A stretch of DNA of 64,000 bases from Candidatus Latescibacterota bacterium (GCA_963791045.1 CAWBQK010000004.1:64001-128000), one strand, 5' to 3'. Positions 48,751 to 59,055 are shown, numbered from the stretch's first letter. Numbers and translations are program-made. Notes: generated by a model from the sequence alone, not told the origin.

Positions 48751-49111
48751 AGAGAGGCCCCCCGGGACAGATGATGTTTTGTTTTTTTCGTGCCGTTGAG
48801 ATCGAACACCCTGGAGGTATTCTTCATCCGATTTTGCAGAATTCAACTTGAAGGGCATTCTATCAAGGATCGGAGCGGCCGTCAAAATCAAGTATTTCTT
48901 GGCGGAATCCATTCACCTACTATGGCCCCGACCAATCGGACACAAGCCTCGAGCGCCGGCGTTTCGTCTTCGATACCTATCGCAAGCCAGTCATTCTGTG
49001 GGGAGGTTCGTATCGCAATAACAGCTAATGCCGGAACTATTCTGTTTGTGTTAGGCTAACACAATTGCAGCAGTGACAATCTTTGACTTGTTACTAAGGA
49101 AGGACGTCCGC

Positions 49112-50008
49112 ATGAAGCGATTGATATCGCCGCAATCCGTTATTACCCACCGTCAGTTTTCTGCCTTCAAGGATAGGTTATGGCCCAAACAACATAGACC
49201 GCGATCTCGTCATTTTGTCGCATTTCTAACATGTGTGTGGGCTATATCGTTGTTCTGTCTTCCAACCGGCGTTCACGCCGATCTTGGCGATGACATCGCC
49301 GATACGTTCGAGGACATAATCAATGGCCTGATCGGAACCGAATTCGGACCGGTGCAATTCAGATTTGCCTACAAACCGCCGGACGTTGTACAGCCTCCGT
49401 TTCCGCCCGTATCATTCGACTCGGTCCATGTCGATGTCACGATTCTAGGATTTGCCTTCTGTAATCCATCAAATAAGTGGGCAACGCCGGATCCGACACC
49501 GACATTTCCCTTCAATGCATATGGATGCGAGAACGTCGCCACGGTCGGAGCAACTGCCACACCGGAGGCAACCAGTTCGGAGGTCGCTGTCACCGTCAGT
49601 GATTTCTTCCTGGATCTCGAATATGTTCGAGAAACGACCCTCGCCTGTCTCGAAACCCCTGGAGGAACCCACGCCGCTGACGCCTATCTCTTGACCGAGG
49701 GCACTGTCACTATGAGTCTGACACTCGAAAGAGTGGGCACGTGTCTTCACGCCGGCATCGTTCCCGGTTCGGTCGAAGTGATCCTGACAGAGAAAGAACA
49801 CGGGTTGCAAACCGATGAATGTCTGGATCTTGTGTGGCCGCTCTTCTCCGTTTTCTTCTATGACATGGTCAATGCCACCGCGAGCGCGGCACTCGAATCA
49901 GCTCTTACGGGTATGATAGCAGATATCAACGCCGTACTCTGTCCATTGACACCTGTCGCACATTCGACATGGGGCGGAGTGAAAGATCGTTATCGGGATT
50001 CCCAATAA
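49112..50008 (+). CDS. Secreted hypothetical protein with C-terminal PV...STWG..K...R tail
   Basis: Signal peptide ending GVHA-D; several Cys; ends TPVAHSTWGGVKDRYRDSQ. Confidence 0.7.
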   Translation: MKRLISPQSVITHRQFSAFKDRLWPKQHRPRSRHFVAFLTCVWAISLFCLPTGVHADLGDDIADTFEDIINGLIGTEFGPVQFRFAYKPPDVVQPPFPPVSFDSVHVDVTILGFAFCNPSNKWATPDPTPTFPFNAYGCENVATVGATATPEATSSEVAVTVSDFFLDLEYVRETTLACLETPGGTHAADAYLLTEGTVTMSLTLERVGTCLHAGIVPGSVEVILTEKEHGLQTDECLDLVWPLFSVFFYDMVNATASAALESALTGMIADINAVLCPLTPVAHSTWGGVKDRYRDSQ

Positions 50009-50035
50009 GATTGCTCACGGAACCGAAAATCGTGA

Positions 50036-50066
50036 CGGGCCAGCCAACGGGCTGGCCCGCTCTTTT
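50036..50066 (+). terminator. Intrinsic terminator
   Basis: CGGGCCAGCC-AACG-GGCTGGCCCG followed by CTCTTTT. Confidence 0.65.
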
Positions 50067-50110
50067 GGTTGTGGCCGGCACCCTCGCGGCCGTCGGCGAC
50101 AACAAACAAC

Positions 50111-53100
50111 CTAATGCAATTTCGCCCCCCACTTATCTTCCACCAGTGTATAGAGAACCGGCAGCACAATCTGCGTCAACAGTAGCGACGTGACCAGCCC
50201 ACCCAACACCACAGTGGCCAGCGGGCGCTGGATCTCCGAACCGTTGCCCGTAGCATAAATGAGAGGGAGAAGGCCGAGGAGGGTCGTGAGCGCCGTCATA
50301 AGCAGCGGCCGGAAGCGCAGCTCGCAACCGCGCGTCACTGCGTCTATGGTGTCCATACCGTCCGCGCGAAGTTGATTGATGAACGTAATGAGTACGGTGC
50401 CGTTCTCGACGGCGATTCCGAAAAGAGCTATAAATCCGATCGTTGCGGGAACACTCAGATCCATCCGCAGCAGGACCATCGCCAGAATAGCGCCGATGAG
50501 AGCAAACGGCAGGTTCACCAGAACGAGGAGCGCGCTTCGCATCGAGTTAAAAGTCGAGAAGAGCATCAGGAAAATCAAAAGTATCGATATCGGTACAACG
50601 ATACCCAGTCTGTGCATGGCCCGCTGCTGGTTCTCGAACTGTCCCCCGTACTCGACATAGTAGCCGGCGGGAAGCGCTTCCACCACCGGCTCTATCCGCT
50701 GCTGGACTTCGGTCACAAAACTACCCATGTCCCTGCCGCGAATATTCGATTCGACGACAACGCGGCGCATCCCATTCTCGCGGCTAATCTGCGCCGGCGC
50801 TTCTATCTGGTTGATTGCAGCCAGCTGACCAAGCGGTACGTTTGTCCCTTCCGGCGAAGATATGAGGATACGCTCGAGCGCTTCAATGTCGGCCCTGTAC
50901 TCCTCCGGAAAACGCACCAGGACGGCGAAGCGCTTTTGACCCTCCACGACGGTCGAGGCGATTTTGCCACCCACGGCGGTCTCGACAATATCGTTGATGT
51001 CGGCAAGATTAATCTTGTGCCGGGCGATCGCCGTGCGGTCAACGACGATTTCAACCTGGCTGAATCCCGCTACCTGCTCCACTTTGACGTCCTCTGCACC
51101 CTCAATGCCGCCAATCGCGAACGCGATCCGGTTGGCGTTCTCCCTGAGAATCTCCAGATCGCTCCCAAACACCTTGATGGCCACATCGCTCTTGATGCCG
51201 GACACGAGTTCGTTGACCCTGAGCGCGATCGGCTGCGAAAAGGAGAGTCGAATCCCGGGGATCTTGCTCAATTCTATTTGAATGCCGTCAACCAGCTCTT
51301 CCCTGTTTCGGCCGGTACGCCACTCTCGCTGTGGATGGAGCATGATGAATACGTCGCTCTGTTCCGGGCCCATCGGATCCTCGGATATTTCCGCGCGACC
51401 GGTTTTGGTCACGACGGTTTTGACCTCGGGAAATCTCTCCAGGAGAACCCGCTCGATCTCGGTACCCACGGCAACAGATCCTTCGAGCGATGCCGACGGC
51501 AGTCGGACAATATTGACCGCGATGGCACCCTCGTTAAGCGACGGCAAAAACTCCGTTCCTATTAACGGCGTCAGGAGGAGCGAAACCGCCAGCACACCAA
51601 ATGCTATGAGGATCGTTCGTCTGCGTCTCTTTAGTGTCCACGAAAGGACCCTCAAATAACTCTGTTTCATCACTCTGACCAGCGCGTTCTCCCGGGACAC
51701 AACCCCCTCACGAAGAAAGAGTGAGCACAACACCGGCACGATCGTAAACGACACCAAAAGCGAACCGATCATGGCGAAACACACCGTAAGCGCGAGAGGC
51801 CGGAACATCTTGCCTTCCATACCCTCGAGCAAAAGAATCGGAACAAATACGACGATGATAATGACAATAGCGAACAATAGCGGACGCGCGACCTCGCATA
51901 CAGCCCGGTACGTGATCTCAATACGGGAAGCAGCCGCGTTTTTGGCGTCGGAGAGGTGCCGCGAGATGTTTTCCGCAATAACAACAGACGCATCCACGAT
52001 CATACCAATGGCGATCGCCAAACCGCCGAGACTCATCAAGTTCGCCGTTACCCCCTGCCATTTCATCATGATGAACGCGAACATCGCCGTCAGAGGAAGC
52101 GACAGTGCCACGATGACCGATGCCCGCAAATTACCAAGAAACAAAAACAGAATAATAACGACGAATATGCTCCCCTGCAGGAGCGCGAAACCGACCGTGC
52201 GGATGCATGCCTGGATGAGAGACGTGCGATCGTAGAATGGATCTATACGCACATCATCCGGCAGGCTCGCCTGGATCTTGGGCACGGTCTTCTTCACGCG
52301 GTCGACAACTATCTTGGAGTTCTCGCCCTTTAGCATGATGACCATTCCAGCGACGGTTTCGCCTTTGGCATCTCGCGACACCGCGCCCTGTCTCGTTTCG
52401 GCACCGGGCTGCACGGTGGCAACGTCTTTCAAATAGATGGGTGTACCGTCCGAAGCCTCGAGTACGATGTTCTCAATGTCAGATATGGTTTGGATAAGTC
52501 CCACGCTTCGAACATACGACTGTTCCCATCCCTGGATCAGAAAGTTGCCGCCCGCATTGGCGTTGTTCCTTTTGATCGCCTCCATGACCCCGTCAAGCGT
52601 CTGCCCGTATTTCAAAAGCTGGTTGGGATTGACAAGGACCTGATACTGCTTGACCAGACCTCCAAAACTGTTGACCTCGTTGACTCCCGCGAGTGACTTG
52701 AGCTGCGGGGCTATTATCCAGTCCTGGATTGTTCGAAGCTCCATCGGTGTCCGAGTGTCGCTCTCCACCGTGTACTGGTAGATCTCTCCGAGCCCGGTGC
52801 TGATGGGCCCCATCTCGGGTTCCACGAATTCCGGGAGCGTCTCTTTCGCCGATTGCAGGCGTTCGAATACAAGCTGCCTCGCAAAATAGGTATCCACATG
52901 GTCCTCAAAGACAACGATCACCTGGGACAGAGCGGCCTTCGACAGGGAGCGCACAAGTGATACATCCGGCAAACCCTGCATGGCCAGTTCGATGGGAAAC
53001 GTGATTTGCTGCTCTACATCGACAGGGGCAAGTCCCGGCGCCTCGGTCAGGATCATCACCTGAACGTTGGTCACGTCGGGAAAGGCGTCGATGGGCAGGA

Positions 53101-53197
53101 GGTTCCACGCGAGGATACCGCCGAGCATCAATACAATGGTGGCGATGATCACCAGCAATCGTTGATGAAGGACAAATTGAATCAGTTTGTCGAGCAT
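50111..53197 (-). CDS. czcA: CusA/CzcA heavy-metal efflux RND permease
   Basis: LPIDAFPDVTNVQV, GPISTGLGEIYQY, ANLMSLGG, EGKMFRPLA, GGQFENQQRA, R.RP.LMTA, GSEIQRPLATVV.GG. Confidence 0.95.
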   Translation of the reverse strand: MLDKLIQFVLHQRLLVIIATIVLMLGGILAWNLLPIDAFPDVTNVQVMILTEAPGLAPVDVEQQITFPIELAMQGLPDVSLVRSLSKAALSQVIVVFEDHVDTYFARQLVFERLQSAKETLPEFVEPEMGPISTGLGEIYQYTVESDTRTPMELRTIQDWIIAPQLKSLAGVNEVNSFGGLVKQYQVLVNPNQLLKYGQTLDGVMEAIKRNNANAGGNFLIQGWEQSYVRSVGLIQTISDIENIVLEASDGTPIYLKDVATVQPGAETRQGAVSRDAKGETVAGMVIMLKGENSKIVVDRVKKTVPKIQASLPDDVRIDPFYDRTSLIQACIRTVGFALLQGSIFVVIILFLFLGNLRASVIVALSLPLTAMFAFIMMKWQGVTANLMSLGGLAIAIGMIVDASVVIAENISRHLSDAKNAAASRIEITYRAVCEVARPLLFAIVIIIVVFVPILLLEGMEGKMFRPLALTVCFAMIGSLLVSFTIVPVLCSLFLREGVVSRENALVRVMKQSYLRVLSWTLKRRRRTILIAFGVLAVSLLLTPLIGTEFLPSLNEGAIAVNIVRLPSASLEGSVAVGTEIERVLLERFPEVKTVVTKTGRAEISEDPMGPEQSDVFIMLHPQREWRTGRNREELVDGIQIELSKIPGIRLSFSQPIALRVNELVSGIKSDVAIKVFGSDLEILRENANRIAFAIGGIEGAEDVKVEQVAGFSQVEIVVDRTAIARHKINLADINDIVETAVGGKIASTVVEGQKRFAVLVRFPEEYRADIEALERILISSPEGTNVPLGQLAAINQIEAPAQISRENGMRRVVVESNIRGRDMGSFVTEVQQRIEPVVEALPAGYYVEYGGQFENQQRAMHRLGIVVPISILLIFLMLFSTFNSMRSALLVLVNLPFALIGAILAMVLLRMDLSVPATIGFIALFGIAVENGTVLITFINQLRADGMDTIDAVTRGCELRFRPLLMTALTTLLGLLPLIYATGNGSEIQRPLATVVLGGLVTSLLLTQIVLPVLYTLVEDKWGAKLH

Positions 53198-53206
53198 GTC
53201 CCTCTC

Positions 53207-54548
53207 CTAGTCTGCGCAACCGGCGCCCATTTTTTCTCGAAGGACGTCCGATTTCAAAAGGAACGCACCCTCGGTAACAATTCGATCACCCGGCCGCAGG
53301 CCTTCGAGCACTTCGACCATGTCAAAAAACACACGGCCCTTACGAATCGAGCGGCGGACATAGAATCCTTCTTTCCAGTGGATGAACACAAAGTCATCCC
53401 CCTCGTCGGACAGGAGCGCCCCCACTGGAACCGCAAGTACCGTTTGTTCTCCCCGCAGCCCGATACGAATCTTACAAAACATACCCGGCCGCAACAGTCC
53501 GTCGGAATTCAGGACCGTCGCACGCACCTTGATCGTCCGCGTTGTCTCATCCATGGTCGCCCCGATATAGTCGATCGCGCCTGCGAAAGGCGTATCGGGA
53601 AACGCGCTCACATGCACATCGACCGGAATCGGCCCGTCCTTTTCAGCTGTCAGAAGCCGGGGCAGATCCTTCTCGTAAATATCGACCCACGCCCACACGC
53701 TGCTGAGATCCGCCACGAGCAGAACGTCCTCGCCCGGCTCGACCAGCTCCCCCATCACAGCGTGTTTTTGAATGACTGTGCCGGCGATGGACGCCCGGAC
53801 CGGCAACCGTCCGGTGTTGCCGTTACGATTATCCGTTCTCAACGCCACGAGATCATCATCGGTGAGTCCGAAGACACGGAGCGCATCCGAGGCCCCCGTC
53901 ATCTCTGCGTTGTATTTCTCAAAAGCGATCTGAGCCTCTATCAAATCCTGCTCCGAGGAGATATTCTGTTCCTTGAGACGCTTTTCCCTGTCGAAATTTG
54001 TGCGGGAGAGTTCAGCCAGCGAACGGCTGAGTTCGTAGGCAGCGAGCGTTTTCCCGAGCTCAACGCTGCTGATCTCGAAAAGAAGATCGCCCCGTTCTAT
54101 CCGGGCGCCGATATCGACATACACCTTTTCGATGATGCCGGGAATGCGCGGGCTCACATGCACAGCCTGGTTCTCGTTCAGCTGGATCTCTCCGGTGACA
54201 TCAAGACCAATGGTCACCCGTCTCTCGTCCACGGTATCGATAGACAAGAGCCCGCCGGCGATCCCGGTTGAGTCTTTCATCAGATCCGGCGACACCTTGA
54301 CGACGCCTATTTCATAGCGGCATTCGTCACACATATAGGTTGCCATATCATGTTCGCAACGAGCTTCCGCGATCTCGTTCAATGACAACAATGCGAAATT
54401 CTCTTCTGCGTCTCCGTGTTCGGCGTGAGCATTCACCGGTTCCGCGTTGGGCGAACTATCCTGCCCGCAACCAATGCACATACCCATTACCGAGGATCGC
54501 CGCGATCGCAACGCTCCTTCGCCCGCCAAAAGAAACAATCCGTCTCAT
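53207..54548 (-). CDS. czcB: RND periplasmic adaptor (CzcB/CusB-like) lipoprotein; +1 frameshift near 54491
   Basis: V.PRIPG, ADLSSVW, TRTIKVRA, LRPGMF, GL..GDRIV..GAFLLKS. ATG 54548 has RBS GGAGGAG but is one base out of frame with the lipobox CIGC. Confidence 0.88.
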
Positions 54549-54562
54549 GTCCGCTCCTCCAA

Positions 54563-55942
54563 CTAGGATGATCCGCCTTCAAAAAATGAATCTAGTCCGG
54601 TTCCGACGAGACTCTCAACGAGCGCCACAGCACGGTGGAAACGAGCCAGGGAGTCGATGAGACGCGCATTCGCCTCTGCAAAGGTCCGCTGCGAATCCAG
54701 GACTTCCAGGTAACCGAACTTGCCCTCGCTGTAGCCGCTCCGTGCCGCTTCGAACGCCCGCCCGGCTGCGGGGACGACTTCGTTCTCCAAAGCAAGAGCT
54801 TCGGCGCGGGCACTCACCAGCGCTTCATATGATTCCCGCAGAGCCGTTGTTATACGCAAATGGGCCGCTTTTGACCGGCGCTCAGTTTGCGCGATCTTGT
54901 AACGCGCCTCCTGGATGCCTCCCTGATTTCGATCAAATATGGGTATCGGCAAACTTATACCCACCGTGAAAGCATAAACATCGCCCTCCCCAAACCATCT
55001 CATGCCTCCGCTGAGCGTCAGGTTCACGGCCCGTTGTGCCCGCTCAAGAGCGAGCCCGGCAAGACGGTGTTCCATCTCACCGGCCCATCGGGCAACGGCC
55101 GGGTTCTCATAGACGAGCGAGTCCAGGGATTCGAAAGATGGTACTTGCTCCACGTAGTCGAGGGTGCCTGTCGCTTGCGAAAACTGCGGCGCGTTACTCC
55201 CCCAGGTTTCGGCCAATCGCTTTCTCGCTATTCGCAAATTGCTCTTCGCCGTTACCAGTTTAATTTTTGTGTTGGCCAACTCGATGGCCGCTTTGGTTTC
55301 TTCGAGAGGCGACACCTTGCCCGCTCTGACCCGTTCCTTCACCACACCTGCCATCTCCTCAGAGAGACGGTATAGATCTTCCATCAATTCGAGTTGACTT
55401 TGCGCGGTGAGAACGTCAATGAAGCTAAGTGTGGCGTCGGTCAAAACCGTCAGCCGTTCTGTTTCGTAGTCATAACGGGCGAGTTGGGTCTCGGCGTCCA
55501 TGACTTGTCTCCGGGCACCGCGCTTGCCCCCTAGTTCGATGACTTGACTCAACCGAACCGTCGTTTCAGCCACGTCGAGACCCGCGAAAGGTCCGTCGCC
55601 GCCGAACTCCTCAAGCTCAACTTCGAGTTCAGGGTTGGGCCGCAGGCCGGCTTGCAGAGCGCGGGCTTCGCTTATGCGTATACTCCAGGAAACGTCCGCC
55701 AGCCGGGGATTTTGCAGAAGCGACAGGGCAAGGGCGTCCCGAAAATAAAGCTCCCCAGCCGATTCACGAACTTCCGGTTGTGTCGATGCCGGCGGTTCTG
55801 GATCCGCCGGCGCCAGGTATGCTTCGGTCTCGTTTCCGAGCGGTCGCGGCACCGGCGGAGTTGTATCGATTCGATGGGACGCGCATCCGGTGAGGACGAA
55901 AACGGCCGTCATGGACATGGTCGTCAGATATCGTCCGAACAT
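54563..55942 (-). CDS. czcC: TolC-family outer-membrane efflux protein (CzcC-like)
   Basis: Lipobox LTGC, QAGLRPNP, IELGGKR, PIPIFDRNQG, GY.EGKF..LEVLD.QR. Confidence 0.92.
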   Translation of the reverse strand: MFGRYLTTMSMTAVFVLTGCASHRIDTTPPVPRPLGNETEAYLAPADPEPPASTQPEVRESAGELYFRDALALSLLQNPRLADVSWSIRISEARALQAGLRPNPELEVELEEFGGDGPFAGLDVAETTVRLSQVIELGGKRGARRQVMDAETQLARYDYETERLTVLTDATLSFIDVLTAQSQLELMEDLYRLSEEMAGVVKERVRAGKVSPLEETKAAIELANTKIKLVTAKSNLRIARKRLAETWGSNAPQFSQATGTLDYVEQVPSFESLDSLVYENPAVARWAGEMEHRLAGLALERAQRAVNLTLSGGMRWFGEGDVYAFTVGISLPIPIFDRNQGGIQEARYKIAQTERRSKAAHLRITTALRESYEALVSARAEALALENEVVPAAGRAFEAARSGYSEGKFGYLEVLDSQRTFAEANARLIDSLARFHRAVALVESLVGTGLDSFFEGGSS

Positions 55943-56076
55943 GAGAAATTCCTCACAAGTGAAAAGTCATCGCATCTGTGCGTGTATTCAATCGCTAACG
56001 CACGAGCTATGGCGAAAAGGATCGAATCCAGTAAATAGATTAAAAACGCGGATTAGTTGGCAATATGAGCGAAGGC

Positions 56077-56505
56077 CTAAAGGAGAAGGAACGTGGACTT
56101 GATGGGGATCATCGCAAGTTCAGCGGGATTTACAGCACTCACGAACAGCTTCTTCGCACCGGAAGCGGTACCGCTCACCGGGATGATCGAATGCTGAACC
56201 GGAATCATATCCGAATTATCTTTGTGCGACGGTACTTTGAACGGATTTGCCGATACCAGGGTGTCCGAACAGGGCCCGCAAGAGCTGTGCCCTGCAGATT
56301 CCAGATCGGATGCGGCGAAGAACAGAGACGACGGCATATGGGCTTGCACGGAAGGGGAACAGCACTCGTCGAAGGTCTTCTCGACGGCGAAGTGGCCCTC
56401 TTCTCCACGGCACAGAATCACCCCGGGCAAGAGTCCCTGCCCCAGGAGCGCGATAATCACCGCAAAGATCGCCATATGACGGCTGTATTTCATGTTGTTT
56501 AACAT
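56077..56505 (-). CDS. Exported Cys/His-rich putative metal-binding protein upstream of czcCBA (CzcI-like position)
   Basis: Hydrophobic N-terminus, LCRGEEGHFAVE, ECC, HSSCGPCSD, ends STFLLL. Start could be 56493. Confidence 0.65.
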   Translation of the reverse strand: MLNNMKYSRHMAIFAVIIALLGQGLLPGVILCRGEEGHFAVEKTFDECCSPSVQAHMPSSLFFAASDLESAGHSSCGPCSDTLVSANPFKVPSHKDNSDMIPVQHSIIPVSGTASGAKKLFVSAVNPAELAMIPIKSTFLLL

Positions 56506-56537
56506 AACGAATTCTATACCGTTAGCCAAGAAGAAGA

Positions 56538-56614
56538 TGGAGGCGGCACCCGGATTCGAACCGGGGAATAACGGTTTTGCAGACCGTCGCCTTAAACCAC
56601 TTGGCTATGCCGCC
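56538..56614 (-). tRNA. tRNA-Cys (GCA)
   Basis: GGCGGCATAGCCAAGTGGTTTAAGGCGACGGTCTGCAAAACCGTTATTCCCCGGTTCGAATCCGGGTGCCGCCTCCA: cloverleaf, anticodon GCA, encoded CCA. Confidence 0.97.
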
Positions 56615-56801
56615 TCAAGAAGGATGGTTTTGAATTTTCACCGCCCTGACCGCGTCAACTCAACTTAGAGACCGGTTAGAGGGCGTTAACCCAAACCAAT
56701 ATGTAGTCAGACTCTACGCGAATACTACCGTCTCCAATCCGCAAAATCAACAACCGTTTTTGGAGGTGCAAATTACGGGCCACAGGACAATATCCCGCCG
56801 C

Positions 56802-57590
56802 TCACTTCCCCTCTGCACTCGGCGGTTCGATCCGCCTAAGCACACGGGCGGGGACGCCGCCCACAACGGTATAGGGTTCCACGTCCGCATTCACCACGGC
56901 CCCCGCTGCAATCACCGCATGATCACCGATCGTGACCCCACCGAGAATGACCGTATGCGCCCCGATCCAGACATTGTCCCCGATTCGAATCGGACGGCCG
57001 AAATAGGCCTGGTCCAAAGTATCCGTGTCGATCTTTTCAAAATCATGGTTGCCGCAGACGATGACGGCTTGCGCCGCGATCAAAACATTGTCGCCCATGG
57101 TGATTCCCCCCTGCCCCGCGCTAATCACCGCATCAACCCCGATCCAACAGTTCTCTCCGGTCACAATACCCTCATTGGGTTTTGCGTTCGACACGTATGA
57201 ACACAGATACGCGCCGCGCATGACCCTCGTCCCGGCGCCAAGTTCGATCGCCGCAACGGACGAGTGCAAACGACAATGGCGATCGACATACACGCCCCGC
57301 CCCATGCGGATGGTATCCATATAAAACAACTCGACGCCCGGTTCGACATATGCGTTCTCGGAGCCTTTTGCGAACAGCGGCCGGTAAAGGAACGACCGTA
57401 TCAGCAGACCGGGAGGCCCCGGGATCCACGACACCAGCGTTTGCAGGCCCTGTTCGAGGAGGTATCGCGCCGTACTTCGTGCTCGCGTTTTGAGGTAAAG
57501 CATGGCCGCGTCCGATGACGCGTCCGACATGTAGTCGCGGAGGCTTTCTTTTTCGGGGGACGAACCGGTGTCGTGCGGTGAATCACTCAT
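56802..57590 (-). CDS. Hexapeptide-repeat acyltransferase
   Basis: GNHDF, IRIGDNVWIGA...ILGGVTIG..AVIAAGAVV..DV.PY.VVGGVPA; TGATG overlap with the upstream gene. Confidence 0.88.
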   Translation of the reverse strand: MSDSPHDTGSSPEKESLRDYMSDASSDAAMLYLKTRARSTARYLLEQGLQTLVSWIPGPPGLLIRSFLYRPLFAKGSENAYVEPGVELFYMDTIRMGRGVYVDRHCRLHSSVAAIELGAGTRVMRGAYLCSYVSNAKPNEGIVTGENCWIGVDAVISAGQGGITMGDNVLIAAQAVIVCGNHDFEKIDTDTLDQAYFGRPIRIGDNVWIGAHTVILGGVTIGDHAVIAAGAVVNADVEPYTVVGGVPARVLRRIEPPSAEGK

Positions 57591-58225
57591 CAGATAAGCT
57601 CCCACTCAACCGTCACCGAGTCGTGAGCGTCGACATCCTCGGGTTCGATATCCGGCATCCTCGCTTCACACATCATCTCGGACGGCATCGAATAACCCAC
57701 CGATCGGAAATGGATCTCGGACCATCCGTATTCCATCTTTAGTACTTTACCCAAACGACAGCCAGCCGCGGACGCGATGGCTTTCGCATTTTTTTGTGCC
57801 GTTTTAGTGGCATCGACGAGAACGGCTTCCCGAACCGCCGCCTTATCCGTCACTTCAAAATGAATGTTGAACTCTGCCTGGATCGACTCGGTCGCCACCG
57901 CTTCGAATGCCTGGTTCAACCTATCGCGATCGACGGGAAGTTCGAGACGCAGGTTGTGCTTGGCGATCCACCCGTTGAACACCCTCTCGTCTTCTACATA
58001 TTTATAATCGGCGTCCACATCGAATCGCGTTGTCTTGAGCTGCTTTCGATCGATGTCGACACTGGAGAGTTTCTCACGAAGTTCGGCGACGCGCTCGTTC
58101 AGATCTTCAACCGCGGCGGTGTATTCCCGGCTGAAAGAGTTCATTTCAAATGTGATCACCGTCATATCCGGCGGGAGGCTGACGTTCCCGACCCCCTTTA
58201 CCGAGATGGTGGGTTCGTTGCCCAT
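57590..58225 (-). CDS. SIMPL (DUF541) domain protein
   Basis: TISVKG.G....PPD, A...A...A..IA.AAG..LG, V.V.WEL; RBS AAGGAG. Confidence 0.85.
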   Translation of the reverse strand: MGNEPTISVKGVGNVSLPPDMTVITFEMNSFSREYTAAVEDLNERVAELREKLSSVDIDRKQLKTTRFDVDADYKYVEDERVFNGWIAKHNLRLELPVDRDRLNQAFEAVATESIQAEFNIHFEVTDKAAVREAVLVDATKTAQKNAKAIASAAGCRLGKVLKMEYGWSEIHFRSVGYSMPSEMMCEARMPDIEPEDVDAHDSVTVEWELI

Positions 58226-58273
58226 AAGAGCTCCTTCCTGTGGATCGGTGATTTTTGAGGCAGGCAATAAAAA

Positions 58274-58348
58274 TGGAGCGGGAAACGGGATTCGAACCCG
58301 CGACATCGACCTTGGCAAGGTCGCGCTCTACCACTGAGCTATTCCCGC
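58274..58348 (-). tRNA. tRNA-Gly (GCC)
   Basis: GCGGGAATAGCTCAGTGGTAGAGCGCGACCTTGCCAAGGTCGATGTCGCGGGTTCGAATCCCGTTTCCCGCTCCA: anticodon GCC, encoded CCA. Confidence 0.97.
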
Positions 58349-58364
58349 TCCTTTATTGGTGTAA

Positions 58365-58392
58365 AGTATATGCGTAAAACGAGCTGTGTCAA
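58365..58392 (-). promoter_or_regulatory. sigma70 promoter of tRNA-Gly
   Basis: TTGACA-16 nt-TATACT, ending 16 nt upstream of the tRNA 5' end. Confidence 0.75.
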
Positions 58393-58500
58393 CCGCAATT
58401 TGCTTTGTGACATAGGATTGACAGCAATTCCTCAAGACAGCCGCCGCCATCGACGCCCGATCCGGGCCACCCGGCAGACTCCGTCCAGGCGATGAGCCGC

Positions 58501-59055
58501 CTACAGGCCGTCGGTCCTCTCCGGCATCAATATCGTGCCCGACACAATCCACGCATCGCCATATCCCGCCTCGCGACATCGGTCACGAAGCGCTTCAGCA
58601 GCCTCTCTCGTGGGACAGTCACCAACACGGACCTTATAGACACCATCGACGTGGTCGACATAAGCCGGAGTTCCAATCCGCGCGGAAACGGCCGACCTGA
58701 CCGACTGCGCCGCTTCTTCGCTCCCCGAAGCCATAACCTGCACCCGGTACCCGTCCATTGTTTTACGGGTTGTCTCCGTGGTCTGCGCCGGCATCTCCAC
58801 CGGCGGCGTCTCCACGTTCTCGACGGCAACGGCGTCATCGGTCACCGGCATTTCTTCAAATGTCTCCGCGTTGTCGACTTCTTTTTTTACGTCCTTTTCC
58901 GCGAGCGGCGGCACGTCCCCTTCGCTCTCCAGCTTGTACGGCTCGGCGCTCGGATCGGTGGGGGGCGGCTTCTTCGTGGCGGTGTTGCACCCGCCGAGGA
59001 AAACTCCTGACACAAACATGACCATTATAATGAGGACCAAAATTGCCTTCGGCAT
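58501..59055 (-). CDS. SPOR-domain lipoprotein
   Basis: Lipobox LGGC, low-complexity linker, GYRVQV.A, YKVRVG, AGY.DAWIV. Confidence 0.88.
   Translation of the reverse strand: MPKAILVLIIMVMFVSGVFLGGCNTATKKPPPTDPSAEPYKLESEGDVPPLAEKDVKKEVDNAETFEEMPVTDDAVAVENVETPPVEMPAQTTETTRKTMDGYRVQVMASGSEEAAQSVRSAVSARIGTPAYVDHVDGVYKVRVGDCPTREAAEALRDRCREAGYGDAWIVSGTILMPERTDGL

Noticed and set aside
50071-50083. GTGGCCGGCACCC as an att remnant of the tRNA-Cys 3' end
   Set aside because: Only about 8 nt identical, expected by chance in GC-rich DNA, and no integrase is present.
50372-54271. 397-aa and 421-aa plus-strand ORFs
   Set aside because: Antisense to czcA and czcB.
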